Shown: in pieces, positions 22,253-35,689 of the stretch | How positions within the stretch are numbered: position 1 is the first letter of the stretch | Layout: each line of letters begins with the position of its first letter | NCBI RefSeq assembly: GCF_022045235.1 | Contig: NW_027266343.1 | Span: 50,530,001-50,594,000 of the forward strand | Direction: 5' to 3' | DNA from: Haliotis cracherodii | Lineage: Eukaryota | DNA length: 64,000 nucleotides | Position numbers and translations under genes: made by a program | Notes under the pieces: generated by a model | What the model was told of the DNA's origin: nothing | Databases searched by the model: none | Seen by the model: the letters and a program-made list of their open reading frames with translations, nothing else

Positions 22253-23571
22253 CTATACATGAAAGAAGAGACTTACTTTATCAGTTGTTGTGAGATAATC
22301 ACAAACAGATACACCACAGCCTGTTTTAGCACACCTTAAAGCAAAGTTGAGCTGATTATGCCAGAACTGCAAAACAAACAAACAAACAAAAATATAGTAA
22401 TAAACACCCAAGACTTCCGTCTCTTTCAGGTATCCTCCCCTGCTTGGCTGACACACTGTGATTTGAACTGAGAAATTATTCAAAGCAGCGTTAAACACAA
22501 CGACCTCCCACCAGAGACAAGATCTTCCGCCCAAACATATGGCCTTAAAATGACCACCTTAGAGGTTGTAATTCTCTATGAGACATGGTCTGACCACAAT
22601 AGACCAGGCCTTACCATAATGGCCTTACTTCTAATAAGCATGGCCTCATCTCTAAAAATTACGTTTTTCTTTACTTATCAGCAGCAAATTATCTGCACTT
22701 GTAAACTGCCGGCGTAATGCAAACTTAACATATCGTTTTTATTAGTTTCTACAAAATTCGTAATGGTACTCTCGTGTCACTGGATTGTCTGGTTTGTTTA
22801 CAGGATGACGTGGCACGGCAGGGTACTGCTGTACGGCGTCAGGCAATAAATCCTTCTTTTTTAAGCATATTGTATGAATGGCAGTGTTGCTACCGGTGGG
22901 GCAGGACATGCTCACTCTATTCGCGAACATCTGGTGTAGTAACTGATTTTACCCTTTACGCCAAGTGGAATATGTTTCGGCAGAAGATCTAGGCTGTTGA
23001 CAGTTTATATTTACACTTACAAAGTCAGACCTTGACCTAGAAACAAGGCGTTAACACTAAACAAAATAGCCTTACACAATCACACTCGGCTGTCAGCGCC
23101 AAGTAGTCAGTGCAACATAAACACGCTGACATTGACAGCTGGGGTCTCGGCTGAGAAAATCATTGTTCCATTTGACCTGTCATCTCTGTATAAAATGTGA
23201 ACATCGACCACAGCTTATATTTCTTATTGTACCTGACCTACTTCTTAAACAGAGCGTACCGAGTTTATTCGGACTCATATTAAGGCAGTGAATAAATTGT
23301 TTTCTCTGAAAAACAAAGAAATCATATTCAACCTCTTCCTATGAAGAACTGTTCACCTATAAATACATGCTCGATAATTCAGTGTATTTTGTCTAACTTA
23401 TATCTCAATTCTATGATAAATATTTGTAATAAAAGAATAGATATAGAAGACAGTGAATAATCTGACGTCGTTGTGTGTTGCCACCTTGTGCTGTCTTTGG
23501 TTAATTTGAAGAAAAGCCAAACGTCAATAGTAATGAGAATAGAGTTTTGTCATTGGTCTGAACCAGGGTTT

Positions 23572-26500
23572 CAGACGTGATAGGCCACCGAGAAATGTAT
23601 ATACAAGGATACAGACGTGATAGACCACTGAGAAATGTATATACAAGGATACAGACGGGATAGACCACTGAGAAATGTATATACAAGGATACAGACGGGA
23701 TAGACCACTGAGAAATGTATATACAAGGATACAGACGTGATAGACCACTGAGAAATGTATATACAAGGATACAGACGTGATAGACCACTGAGAAATGTAT
23801 ATACAAGGATACAGACGGGATAGACCACTGAGAAATGTATATACAAGGATACAGACGGGATAGACCACTGAGAAATGTATATACAAGGAAACAGACGGGA
23901 TAGACCACTGAGAAATGTATATACAGGGATACAGACGGGATAGACCACTGAGTAATGTATATACAAGGATACAGACGTGATAGACCACTGAGAAATGTAT
24001 ATACAAGGATACAGACGGGATAGACCACTGAGAAATGTATATACAAGGATACAGACGGGATAGACCACTGAGAAATGTATATACAGGGATACAGACGGGA
24101 TAGACCACTGAGAAATGTATATACAGGGATTCAGACGTGATAGACCACTGAGAAATGTATATACAAGGATACAGACGTGATAGACCACTGAGAAATGTAT
24201 ATACAAGGATACAGACGGGATAGACCACTGAGTAATGTATATACAGGGATACAGACGGGATAGACCACTGAGAAATGTATATACAGGGATACAGACGTGA
24301 TAGGCCACTGAGAAATGTATATACAGGGATACAGACGTGATAGACCACTGAGAAATGTATATACAAGGATACAGACGTGATAGGCCACTGAGAAATGTAT
24401 ATACAAGGATACAGACGGGATAGACCACTGAGTAATGTATATACAGGGATACAGACGTGATAGACCACTGAGAAATGTATATACAAGGATACAGACGTGA
24501 CAGACCACTGAGTAATGTATATACAAGGATTCAGACGTGATAGACCACTGAGTAATGTATATACAAGGATACAGACGTGACAGACCACTGAGTAATGTAT
24601 ATACAGGGATACAGACGTGACAGACCACTGAGTAATGTATATACAGGGATACAGACGTGATAGACCACTGAGTAATGTATATACAGGGATACAGACGTGA
24701 TAGACCACTGAGTAATGTATATACAGGGATACAGACGTGATAGACCACTGAGTAATGTATATACAGGGATACAGACGTGATAGGCCACTGAGAAATGTAT
24801 ATACAGGGATACAGACGGGATAGACCACTGAGAAATGTATATACAGGGATACAGACGTGATAGACCACTGAGTAATGTATATACAGGGATACAGACGTGA
24901 CAGACCACTGAGTAATGTATATACAGGGATACAGACGTGATAGACCACTGAGTAATGTATATACAGGGATACAGACGTGATAGACCACTGAGTAATGTAT
25001 ATACAGGGATACAGACGTGACAGACCACTGAGAAATGTATATACAGGGATACAGACGGGATAGACCACTGAGAAATGTATATACAAGGATACAGACGTGA
25101 CAGACCACTGAGAAATGTATATACAGGGATACAGACGTGATAGGCCACTGAGAAATGTATATACAGGGATACAGACGTGATAGGCCACTGAGTAATGTAT
25201 ATACAGGGATACAGACGTGACAGACCACTGAGAAATGTATATACAAGGATACAGACGTGATAGGCCACTGAGAAATGTATATACAAGGATACAGACGTGA
25301 TAGACCACTGAGTAATGTATATACAGGGATACAGACGTGATAGACCACTGAGTAATGTATATACAGGGATACAGACGTGATAGACCACTGAGTAATGTAT
25401 ATACAGGGATACAGACGTGATAGGCCACTGAGAAATGTATATACAGGGATACAGACGGGATAGACCACTGAGTAATGTATATACAGGGATACAGACGTGA
25501 TAGACCACTGAGTAATGTATATACAGGGATACAGACGTGACAGACCACTGAGTAATGTATATACAGGGATACAGACGTGATAGACCACTGAGTAATGTAT
25601 ATACAGGGATACAGACGTGATAGACCACTGAGTAATGTATATACAGGGATACAGACGTGACAGACCACTGAGAAATGTATATACAGGGATACAGACGGGA
25701 TAGACCACTGAGAAATGTATATACAAGGATACAGACGTGACAGACCACTGAGAAATGTATATACAGGGATACAGACGTGATAGGCCACTGAGAAATGTAT
25801 ATACAGGGATACAGACGTGATAGGCCACTGAGTAATGTATATACAGGGATACAGACGTGACAGACCACTGAGAAATGTATATACAAGGATACAGACGTGA
25901 TAGGCCACTGAGAAATGTATATACAAGGATACAGACGTGATAGACCACTGAGAAATGTATATACAAGGATACAGACGTGATAGACCACTGAGAAATGTAT
26001 ATACAAGGATACAGACGTGATAGACCACTGAGAAATGTATATACAGGGATACAGACGTGATAGACCACTGAGTAATGTATATACAGGGATACAGACGTGA
26101 TAGACCACTGAGAAATGTATATACAAGGATACAGACGTGATAGACCACTGAGAAATGTATATACAAGGATACAGACGTGATAGGCCACTGAGAAATGTAT
26201 ATACAGGGATACAGACGTGATAGGCCACTGAGTAATGTATATACAAGGATACAGACGTGACAGACCACTGAGTAATGTATATACAAGGATACAGACGTGA
26301 TAGGCCACTGAGAAATGTATATACAGGGATACAGACGTGATAGGCCACTGAGTAATGTATATACAGGGATACAGACGTGATAGGCCACTGAGTAATGTAT
26401 ATACAAGGATACAGACGTGACAGACCACTGAGAAATGTATATACAAGGATACAGACGTGATAGACCACTGAGAAATGTATATACAAGGATACAGACGTGA

Positions 26501-26983
26501 TAGACCACCGAGAAATGTATATACAAGGAGACAGACGTGATAGACCACTGAGAAATGTATATACAAGGATACAGACGGGATAGACCACTGAGAAATGTAT
26601 ATACAAGGATACAGACGGGATAGACCACTGAGAAATGTATATACAGGGATACAGACGTGATAGACCACTGAGAAATGTATATACAGGGATACAGACGTGA
26701 CAGACCACTGAGAAATGTATATACAAGGATACAGACGGGATAGACCACTGAGAAATGTATATACAAGGATACAGACGGGATAGACCACTGAGAAATGTAT
26801 ATACAAGGATACAGACGGGATAGACCACTGAGAAATGTATATACAAGGATACAGACGGGATAGACCACTGAGAAATGTATATACAAGGATACAGACGGGA
26901 TAGACCACTGAGAAATGTATATACAAGGATACAGACGGGATAGACCACTGAGAAATGTATATACAGGGATACAGACGGGATAC
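23572..26983. repeat. 40-bp satellite, ~85 highly homogeneous units
   Basis: tagaccactgag(a/t)aatgtatataca(a/g)ggatacagacg(t/g)ga repeated without indels. Confidence 0.98.
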
Positions 26984-28259
26984 ACCTTTAAGAAATGTAA
27001 CCTGGTGATACAGACGCAAATGATACAGGGCTCAATTCTAATACATTTCCCTCGGATCCAGATGGAAAAATTCAACAGCATCCGTGGTATAAGAAAGGGA
27101 GGTCCGAGAAATGAAGCACCTATAAAATCATCGCCTGCCTGCCTGTTTGACGCGTAGTTTGACAGTGCGCAGATACATTTGCAGGGTGAAAGGTTATAGC
27201 AAACATCATCCTGTCGAATGCGGGGATACTCCGCGCTGTGAACGCAGTTTTCCATTTGGCTCCTCTCTGGGTCAGTAGCCCAGTTTGTCGGGTCGCTGAC
27301 GCTAATTGTCTTCTGGTAATTATGTGGACTATTAAAAATGGCGCCGGCTAGACGATTGAGAGTTGGAGCGTCGTTTCCCTTTAATTAAATACATAGCAGT
27401 GCACGCGTACTCTAACTGTATTCTTACTACCCTGTCGTGGTCGTAGTCCGAACCCCGGTCTCAGCAGAATATGGCTGAAGTAAAACACATATCATTGAGA
27501 GAGAAAATTCTCGGGAGTGTTGAAAAAAAGTTATAACGATTTGTTGAGAATAACTAGTCACCTGAGGATATATAATTTGCGCTGACACGGAGCCGAGAGT
27601 AGGGGTTTACAAACGTGGTATATGAGGGAGCAAACATCAAGTATTTCTTTAAGCACTGAAACTACACGTGGGATTGCTGTCGAAATGTTTAATTTGCAAG
27701 TGAATACCCAGAGGCATTTGTGTGATGACCTAGATGTATAAACTGTGAATCTGTGATGATTAAAAGAACTCTGAAATGCGGCACTCGTTGCCTGTGCCCT
27801 GTCAAGCCCTTGTCAGTAGCTGAAGTACGAGCGTCACCTATCGACCCTGTGGTTGAGTTTGACGAGCAATGGTGGACTGAAAAAAACCCCGATTTCCCTG
27901 TGCAGTATAGGAGGACTTTTAACTCCAAAGAGTGTCAATTTTTAAAAAATATTTTATCAACTCAATATGTACCTTTGTAGATGAGTGTAGTTTCGGGTTG
28001 GATTGCCACTGTTAACGTGGAGGCCTCTTTCCAGTTTCACGTTTCCTGTCCGTTTAGATTTATGTCCCATTGAAAAAAACACGCGATCCCTCGAACGCCT
28101 CGTGTCTGTTACCTTTTTAATGCTATCATTCTTAGAGCTGTTAATGTGTCAAAATTAATTATTTTAATTCACACAATCTCAAATAAAAGCTGGAAACTTT
28201 TTCCAACCATTTAACTTTAAATTGAACCATTTAACTTTGTTTTTGCACTTTTCAACATA

Positions 28260-29739
28260 TACTCTCCCAAAAATGAAACGCATAACGAAAATGGTAATTT
28301 GATGCAGCAATGTATTGGTACAGGGTGGGTTTTCAAAAATATTTGTTTTCTTTATGATTTCTATCGTGTTTTTGTCTTAAAACGTCATATCCAAACGCAT
28401 CCCGCATGAAAAACCCGTATGTTAAAGCATGATTTTCGATAGACGCATTTAATGTCTCAGAACACGTATTGCACGTGCAATGCGCGGGAGACTCGGGGAT
28501 CACATCGTGTCGTGGATGGGTATAAAAGATCGATCTCCGTCTTTTTTCATTCACTTTATTTGGAAGTTTGTGAAGACTGCAAAATGCCAAGACTGAGCCG
28601 CGTCAATCGTCACATCGCCATAGGTCTCTTGGAAGCAAGACAATCTCAACTTTCAGTTGCCCGTCGAATGAATGTTCACCAAAGCACAATTTCTCGTCTC
28701 TTGGAGAGATATCGGCAGCAGAACTCGGTGGAAGATGGACCTAGAAGTGGACGTCCTCGAGTCACCACTGCGGCACAAGATAGGTACATCCGGGTACATT
28801 ACCTGCGTCAGCGAACAGCTACAGCGACCACTACCGCTAGGCAAATACCCGGATTGAGAAGGATATCTGCACAGACTGTCAGGAACAGACTACGAGAGGC
28901 AGGTTTAAGAGCAAGAAGACCCTACTTTGGCCCCGTTATGCGTCAGCAGCATCGACGCCATCTGGTTCAGCGATGAATCGAGATTTCTGTTGGAACGACG
29001 CAATGGCAGAATGCGGGTGTACAGACGACGTCATGAACGTTTTGCCGACGACCTGTGTCCCCCAGGTGGACAGATTCGGCAGGGGCAGCGTGATGATGTG
29101 GTTAACTATATCCTACACTGGTAGAAGTGAGTTGGTGTTGATCCAAGGCAACCTGGCAGCGCAATGCTACTGCGATCAAGTCCTTCGTCCACACCTCCTT
29201 CCCATTATCATACGCCAGAGAGAGCTATTCCTGCAGGATAACGCCAGACCTCATAAGGCACGTGTCACGAGGGCCTTCCTCCAGAATGAGAACATCAATG
29301 TGCTGCCCTAGCCCTCCTTATCACCAGACTTAAACCCGATAGAACATCTTTGGGATGCCCTGGACAGACGGGTGCGACAGCGTAATCCACAGCCCCAGAC
29401 ACTCCAGCAACTAGCACATGCACGACAGGCAGAGTGGGCAACATTGCATTACATTGCAGCAACATCAGATTCAGAGACTAATTCGTTCTATTCCGAGACG
29501 ATGTCGCGCAGTTCTGAACGCCAATGGTGGTCATACGAGGTACTGACTTTAGCGCCATCAAACGTCGATGTGTGATTCATAAACTGCCTATTTCCGATGT
29601 CTTATTAAACAGTGGTACCTTGACATTTCCTGTCTAAAATTCTTCGAATTCCATTTGCTAGTAACTTGTCCACAGTGTATCAAAATAAAAAGAAATATGT
29701 AGTTAAAATTCTTGCATGCGTTTCTTTTTTGAGAGAGTA
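28260..29739 (+). mobile_element. Tc1/mariner transposon with a defective DD34E transposase (about 28584-29546)
   Basis: TIRs tactctcccaaaaatgaaacgca / tgcgtttcttttttgagagagta flanked by TA; MPRL..HTH, FSDESRF, QDNARPH, SPDLNPIEHLW; internal deletion and stop. Confidence 0.93.
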
Positions 29740-30217
29740 TATTTACTCATATCAAATAAGTGATTAAGTTTCATAGTATCAATTGGGTCATTTCTTCTCG
29801 ACAATAGCTTCAACAGCACTCTCCGTGAACACAACTAAGAAGCATGCAGAATTTCAAGCATGAAATGGCAGCCATCTTTGAAAAGGGGCCATTTTGCTTG
29901 GCCCTATAGCCAAAATTAATTACCATGTTTAAAGCTTTTTTTGTACCCAGTTTCAAGCTTTTTACTCAAAGTGCACAATTCGGCCATTTTTTTATACTTA
30001 GCCGCTCCACTGTTCCGTAACTCCAATATTTAAACACAGACTTACGACCGTCGTCGTGCTGAGGTCGCCTTGTGGAACGGGTCCCTGGTGGTTAGATGCG
30101 GTGACCTGGTTGACCGCGTGTAATTATACCCTCTTGCACCCGCTGCACGACCACGACGCACTTTGCAGCCCCGCGTTACCCTACATCATACTGTTCCACT
30201 GCCAGGAGCCTTCCAGT

Positions 30218-30316
30218 GGCCCGTTCCACAAAGCGATCGTAGCGCTAAGCTGATCGTAACTCCAATACTCGAACATAGACATTTTTACCGCTACGATCGC
30301 TTTGTGGAACGGGGGT
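30218..30316. mobile_element. Short PIF/Harbinger-like MITE (partial second copy 30012-30088)
   Basis: Perfect 25-bp inverted arms cccgttccacaaagcgatcgtagcg / cgctacgatcgctttgtggaacggg with CWG-like flanks. Confidence 0.7.
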
Positions 30317-30541
30317 CCTGGGAGTTTGTTACTCAGTCGATGTGTTTTGATGCTATTTACCTGTACCTTGTATGCAATGTAATTGCATCCAAGCCATTAC
30401 ATGACGAAACAGGCCGATTTCCAGAGAGTTACTATCAAGTAACGACGCAACGGTAAAATCGAATCTTCCTTTATAGCCTTGGTTAATGGATTCACGATGG
30501 TAATTCTCAGCTCAAACTACATTCATTCCCCGACTCCCTAC

Positions 30542-31035
30542 TTGTAGAAGAAAGATAAAGTCATCCAAAGTCCCGCAGTTGCTGTCCTCTACATCTCCAC
30601 TATTGCAGCCCCCAATACCCCCGCTGTTGCAGTCCCCTATACCCACACTGTTGCAGCCCCCAATACCCCCGCTATTGCTGTCCCCTATACCCACACTGTT
30701 GCTGTCCCCTATATCCCCGCTCTTGCTGTCCCCTATCCTCCCGCTATTTCTGTCCCATATACCTCCGCTATTGCTGTCCCCTATACCCACACTGTTGCTG
30801 TCCCCTACATCCTCGCTATTGCCGTCTCCTATATCATCGCTATTGCTGTCCCCTATACCCCCGCTATTTCTGTGCCCTATACCCCCGCTATTTCTGTCCC
30901 CTATACCTCCGCTATTGCTGTCCCCTATACCCACACTGTTGCTGTCCCCTACATCCTCGCTATTGCTGTCCCCTATAACCCCGCTTTTGGTGTCTCCTAT
31001 ATCATGGCTATTGCTGTCTCCCGCATCGAAATTGC
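30542..31035 (-). CDS. Candidate exon encoding ~18 GDSNSGGI-type octapeptide repeats (24-bp unit)
   Basis: ttttgtggcag acceptor and CAA|GTAGGG donor bracket a stop-free frame; several unit variants are synonymous (AAT/AAC, AGC/AGT, GGG/GGA); could instead be a plain minisatellite. Confidence 0.35.
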
Positions 31036-31086
31036 CTGCCACAAAACATACATTGTTGCAGGGTGGTTTTCTTGCTCGTGAATTTT

Positions 31087-32180
31087 GTTTGATACACGTG
31101 GGTAGAGAGTACTGACTGATATTTGATACACGTGGGTAGAGAGTATTGACTGACGTTTGATACACGTGAGTAGAGAGTATTGACTGACGTTTGATACACG
31201 TGAGTAGAGAGTATTGACTGACGTTTGATACACGTGAGTAGAGAGTATTGACTGACGTTTGATACACGTGAGTAGAGAGTATTGACTGACGTTTGATACA
31301 CTTGAGCAGAGAGTATTGACTGCTATTTTATACACGCGGGTAGAGAGTACTGACTGATTTTTGATACACGAGTACCCAGCTCATTCACACGACCAGACAT
31401 AGGTGGAGAGTTTACACTGGTGCCAGCAAGTTTGTATCAAGCCACGACAACAATGCTGTTTTACTGTTGTTTAATACCCCACTCGGCAATATTCCAGCTA
31501 TATGGCAGCTGTTTGTAAATAGCCCAGTGACTGACATTAGATGCACTTGGGTAGAATGTAATGACTGATGTTTGACACAGGTGAGTAGTGTGAATTGAAT
31601 TATGTTTGACACAGGTGTGTAGTGTGAATTGAATTATGTTTGACACAGGTGTGTAGTGTGAGCGGGCAAGGGGGGGGCTTCACACATTGTACCCATGTCG
31701 GGATTCGAACCCGGGTCTTCGGCGTGACGTGCTAACGCTTTAACCACAAGGCTACCCGACCGCCCGTGTGCTGTGTGAATTGAATGATGTTTGACACTGT
31801 AGTGTGAATTAAATGATGTTTGACACAGGTGTGTAGTGTGAATTGAATGATTTTTGACACAGGTGTGTAGTGTGAATTGAATGATGTTTGACACAGGTGT
31901 GTAGTGTGAATTAAATGATGTTTGACACAGGTGTGTAGTGTGAATTGAATGATGTTTGACAAAGGTGTGTAGTGTGAATTAAATGATGTTTGACACAGGT
32001 GTGCAGTGTGATTTGAATGATGTTTGACATAGGTGTGTAGTGTGAATTAAATGATGTTTGACACAGGTGTTCAGTGTGATTTGAATGATGTTTGACACAG
32101 GTGTGTAGTGTGAATTAAATGATGTTTGACAAAGGTGTGTAGTGTGAATTGAATGATGTTTGACAAAGGTGTGTAGAATG
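31087..32180. repeat. Two related 34-bp minisatellite blocks (31087-31370 and 31560-32180) with SINE fragments between and within
   Basis: gtttgatacacgtgagtagagagtattgactgac and gtttgacacaggtgtgtagtgtgaattgaatgat. Confidence 0.9.
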
Positions 32181-32447
32181 TATTGCCTGATATATGGTGT
32201 TGTGGAAAATGTATTGCCTGACGCCTTGCGAAGACTGTTGTCTCTTGTTTCCCTGTTCGTTGATGCCGTTCAAGAGGATTCCGTTAGTGTTGCCAGGATC
32301 ACAGTGTGAAATATTCCCTTGTCTGTTTGATGTGTGGATCAGATACGTGGATGTGACAACTGTCAGTTCTTGTCTTGTCGCGGCTGCTAAATGAGGACAC
32401 TGCTAAAGTGAGCAATGAGAAGGATCCCCATAAACTGGCCCCATCTA

Positions 32448-32544
32448 TCAGTAGATACAGTATTCCCACTGGCAGCCTACACCGTGTGTGGAACCATCGA
32501 CTACTGTAACAGTGGCCACCGCCAGCTTCTTGTTCCCGCGACAT
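32448..32544 (-). CDS. Candidate terminal exon of a small uncharacterised protein (CRGNKKLAVATVTVVDGSTHGVGCQWEYCIY*)
   Basis: Pyrimidine tract ctctgctcctatttcctgtgatgtag acceptor, GC-richer unique sequence, open in phase 2 to TGA TAG. Confidence 0.4.
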
Positions 32545-32659
32545 CTACATCACAGGAAATAGGAGCAGAGATGCAAAATATTACATGGTTAATTCACTCG
32601 ACATTAAAATATGTTCTCAACAAAGCAATTATCCTCTCGACATAACATTTAATTCTCAA

Positions 32660-33200
32660 CAAGACAATCAGTTCCAAACCTTACGATGATTCTGTCAATA
32701 CAACAATCAGTTCTAAACATTACAACGATCCTGTCAATACAATAATCAGTTCTAAACATTACAACGATCCTGTCAATACAACAATCAGTTCTAAACATTA
32801 CAAAGATTATGTCAATACAACAATCAGTTGTAAACCTTACGATGATTCTGTCAATACAACAAACACTTCTAAACATTACAAAGATTATGTCAATACAACA
32901 ATCAGTTCTAAAATGTCACAATGATTTTGTCACTACAACAGTCAGTTCTAAACATTACGATGTCCCTGTCAATAAAACAACCACTTCTAAATATTACAAA
33001 GATTCTGTCAATACAACGATCAGTTCTGAAATATCTCAATGCTTCTGTCAATACAACAATCAGTTCTAAAACATTACGATGATTCTGTAAATACAACAAT
33101 CAGTTCTAAACATTATGATAATCAAGTCAATAAAACAATCAGTTCTCAACATTAAGATGATCCTGTCATTACAACAATCAGTCCTAAAATATCACGATGA
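32660..33200. repeat. 39-bp minisatellite (~14 degenerate units)
   Basis: caatcagttctaaacattacaacgatcctgtcaatacaa. Confidence 0.9.
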
Positions 33201-34258
33201 GTGAATGTGACAGTAAGTATGGTTTCACGCCACTTTTAGCAATATCCCAGCAATATCACGACGGGGAACACCAGCAATGGGTTTCACACATTGTTCCCAT
33301 GTGGGGAATCAAACTGGTGCTTTGGTGTGACGGTCGAACACTTTAGCCACAAGGCTACCCCACCGCTTAAACACTACGATGACCCTCTCAATAGATCCTG
33401 ACATTACAAACATAAATTCGCAACATGCTGCTGCCATCGTTTTCACAGAGAATGGTTATAGGTAGGACATTTTATTGATTTTTTTTGTCTCTTCAGTCTG
33501 TTGTTAAAGTTCAAATCGAATGTGGAATTGTGTTCCTTGGGTGTGCCAGCATCCGATGATTGTGTGGTCGAATCCAAGACTAAAATTATGATTCTTGGTA
33601 TGTCAGCATCATAGCCGTGTGGTTTACCTCAGAGATATGCGGCAGTTTGGAGATTTAGCTGACACACTTTGATGTGACTGAAATTCTGTTCAAAAGTGGC
33701 GTTAAACCCAACTAACGGATAGATTTAAATGAATTGATATTTACCAAAATTGACTCATGTCGTTTCAAACATTTTCACCAATAGTTAATGTCAGACGCAA
33801 TGATTCGATTTTTTCATGTCGAATTTATAAGTAAAATATCATCATGCACATCGACAGAGAAAGGAGAGAAAGCACCAAGGTGAGCAACTATTCAGTTATA
33901 AAAGACAATGTTTTTGTGGAAAACATTTTAGTCTGGTTTCAATCCATGCTATCCATGGAGAGATCAATGGTGTCTGTCACGATAGATGCTTTGATGTCTT
34001 GAAACTTAAAAACTTAAACACATAGTTGTTTTGGTAGAAAGTTAGCATTGCCTGATGGAAGTCAGTAACGATCTGTTTCCTTCAGGAAAATGAACCTCTT
34101 GTCTTGTCTGTCTACAGCAACTTGCCTTACATTTGTTCTTTGTATTCCATTCAGCTGTCCCGGGATGACGTTCTTCACGCACCTGTTTCACATACTCACG
34201 CTTCATTCCGTATTGCAGACATCATAGTAGCAACGGCAACATCAGTTCCAAGCCGAAT

Positions 34259-34543
34259 GGGGGGGACGGGTGGCCCAGTCGTCTAAGGCGCCGCGATTCG
34301 CTGTGCAGAGTTGCGTCCCTTCGGCACGCAAGAAACCTATGAGTGTGGGTTCGAATCCCGCTTCGCCCCGATTATGTTTCTAGGTTTGTCAGCACCTTAC
34401 CCGTGCTCGTGGGTTTCACCGAAGTGGTAAACGTCTGAGACCTGCATCACTTCGGGCTTTCCTCCCACATTAAGCTGACACGCCGCGATATAAATGGAAT
34501 ACTGTTAAAAGCGGCGTTAATCCCAACCCACTCACTCACTCAC
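34259..34543 (+). mobile_element. SINE family B, full length
   Basis: TSD tccaagccgaat; box A GGTGGCCCAGTCG, box B GGGTTCGAATCCC. Confidence 0.9.
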
Positions 34544-35177
34544 TCCAAGCCGAATCATTAATACATATAACTGCTCACCTGATTTCTTGTTTTGTATCTA
34601 TTTGATGCCTTTTCATACCGTTGTGAGCGAGTGAGTGAGTGAGTGTGTGTGTGTGTGGATGTGTGACTGAGTGAGTGAGTGTGTGGGTGTGTGAGTGAGT
34701 GAGTGAGTGAGTGAGTGTGTGGGTGTGGATGTGTGGGTGGAGTGAGTGAGTAAAAATGTAACATTAGCAGTATTTCAGTCATATTGTGACTAGAGTGAGT
34801 GAGTGAGTGAGTGAGTGAGTGAGTGAGTGAGTATTTATTTACGCCGCTCTTAGCAATATTCCAGCTATGTCAATGAAGGGTAACACCAGAAATGGGCTTC
34901 ACACATTGTACCCATGTCGGGAATCGAACCTGGCGTAACGAACCAACGCTTTAACCACCCGACCGCCCCTTTTGTGACTAGAATATTTGTAAACTTTATA
35001 TCAAAATCCTGTCAACCAAGGAGAGTAAAACAACCAATAACATATCCCATAATTTCATTAATAACAGATTGGAGAATACAATAACTTTAATTAAACAAAG
35101 AAACAAAATAAAATTCGGATAGATCGTTAGCATCCAAAGTTACAAAACACTACTACGGACCTCTGCTACCTGCAAGT

Positions 35178-35442
35178 TTTTGTTTGTTTGTTTGTTGTTT
35201 AACGCCGCACTCAGCAACATTCCAGCTATATGACGTCGGTCTGTAAATTAATCGAGTCTGGACCAGACAGTCCAGTGATTGACATCATGAGCATCGATTC
35301 ACGCAATTGGGATCGATGACATGTATCCACCAAGTCAGCGAGCCTGACCACCCGATACCGTTAGTCGCCTTTTACGACAAGCATAGTCGCCTTTTACGGC
35401 AACTAGGGTTGGTGAAGACTATTCAACCCGGATCTTCACGGG
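35178..35442 (-). mobile_element. SINE-like family C
   Basis: Full-length copy. Confidence 0.85.
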
Positions 35443-35689
35443 TATCTGGGTTTACACAATGCTTTCAGCTGCTGACGAGGGTAAAGATTGTTCCTGGCAA
35501 GTATAATTGATATGGGAAAATTAACAAAGTCAAGGGATAAACATTAGAGGATCCAGAGCATTTAACAAATATTCATGTTTATCCATTGAATGGTCAATGC
35601 GACATTGTCGTAAAATGGTCAAATCCCGACTGACAACCCAGGTAATGTAACCGATAGTGTGTTTTATTCCATGCTATTTGTTTATACTT

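Noticed and set aside
23501-27255. 1243-aa, 962-aa and 805-aa minus-strand ORFs
   Set aside because: They arise from a stop-free 40-bp satellite read in all three frames and give the same 40-aa cycle; no domain or codon signal
32445-32460. C-I-Y-TGA-TAG as a possible CxxU selenocysteine terminus
   Set aside because: No convincing SECIS (RUGA...AA...GA quartet) found by eye downstream; tandem stops are common. AS3MT itself has no in-frame TGA
34133-34250. Minus-strand CCRCYYDVCN (Ly6-like ending) and nearby donor motifs
   Set aside because: Bounded by stops, no usable acceptor, and phases are incompatible with the candidate exons
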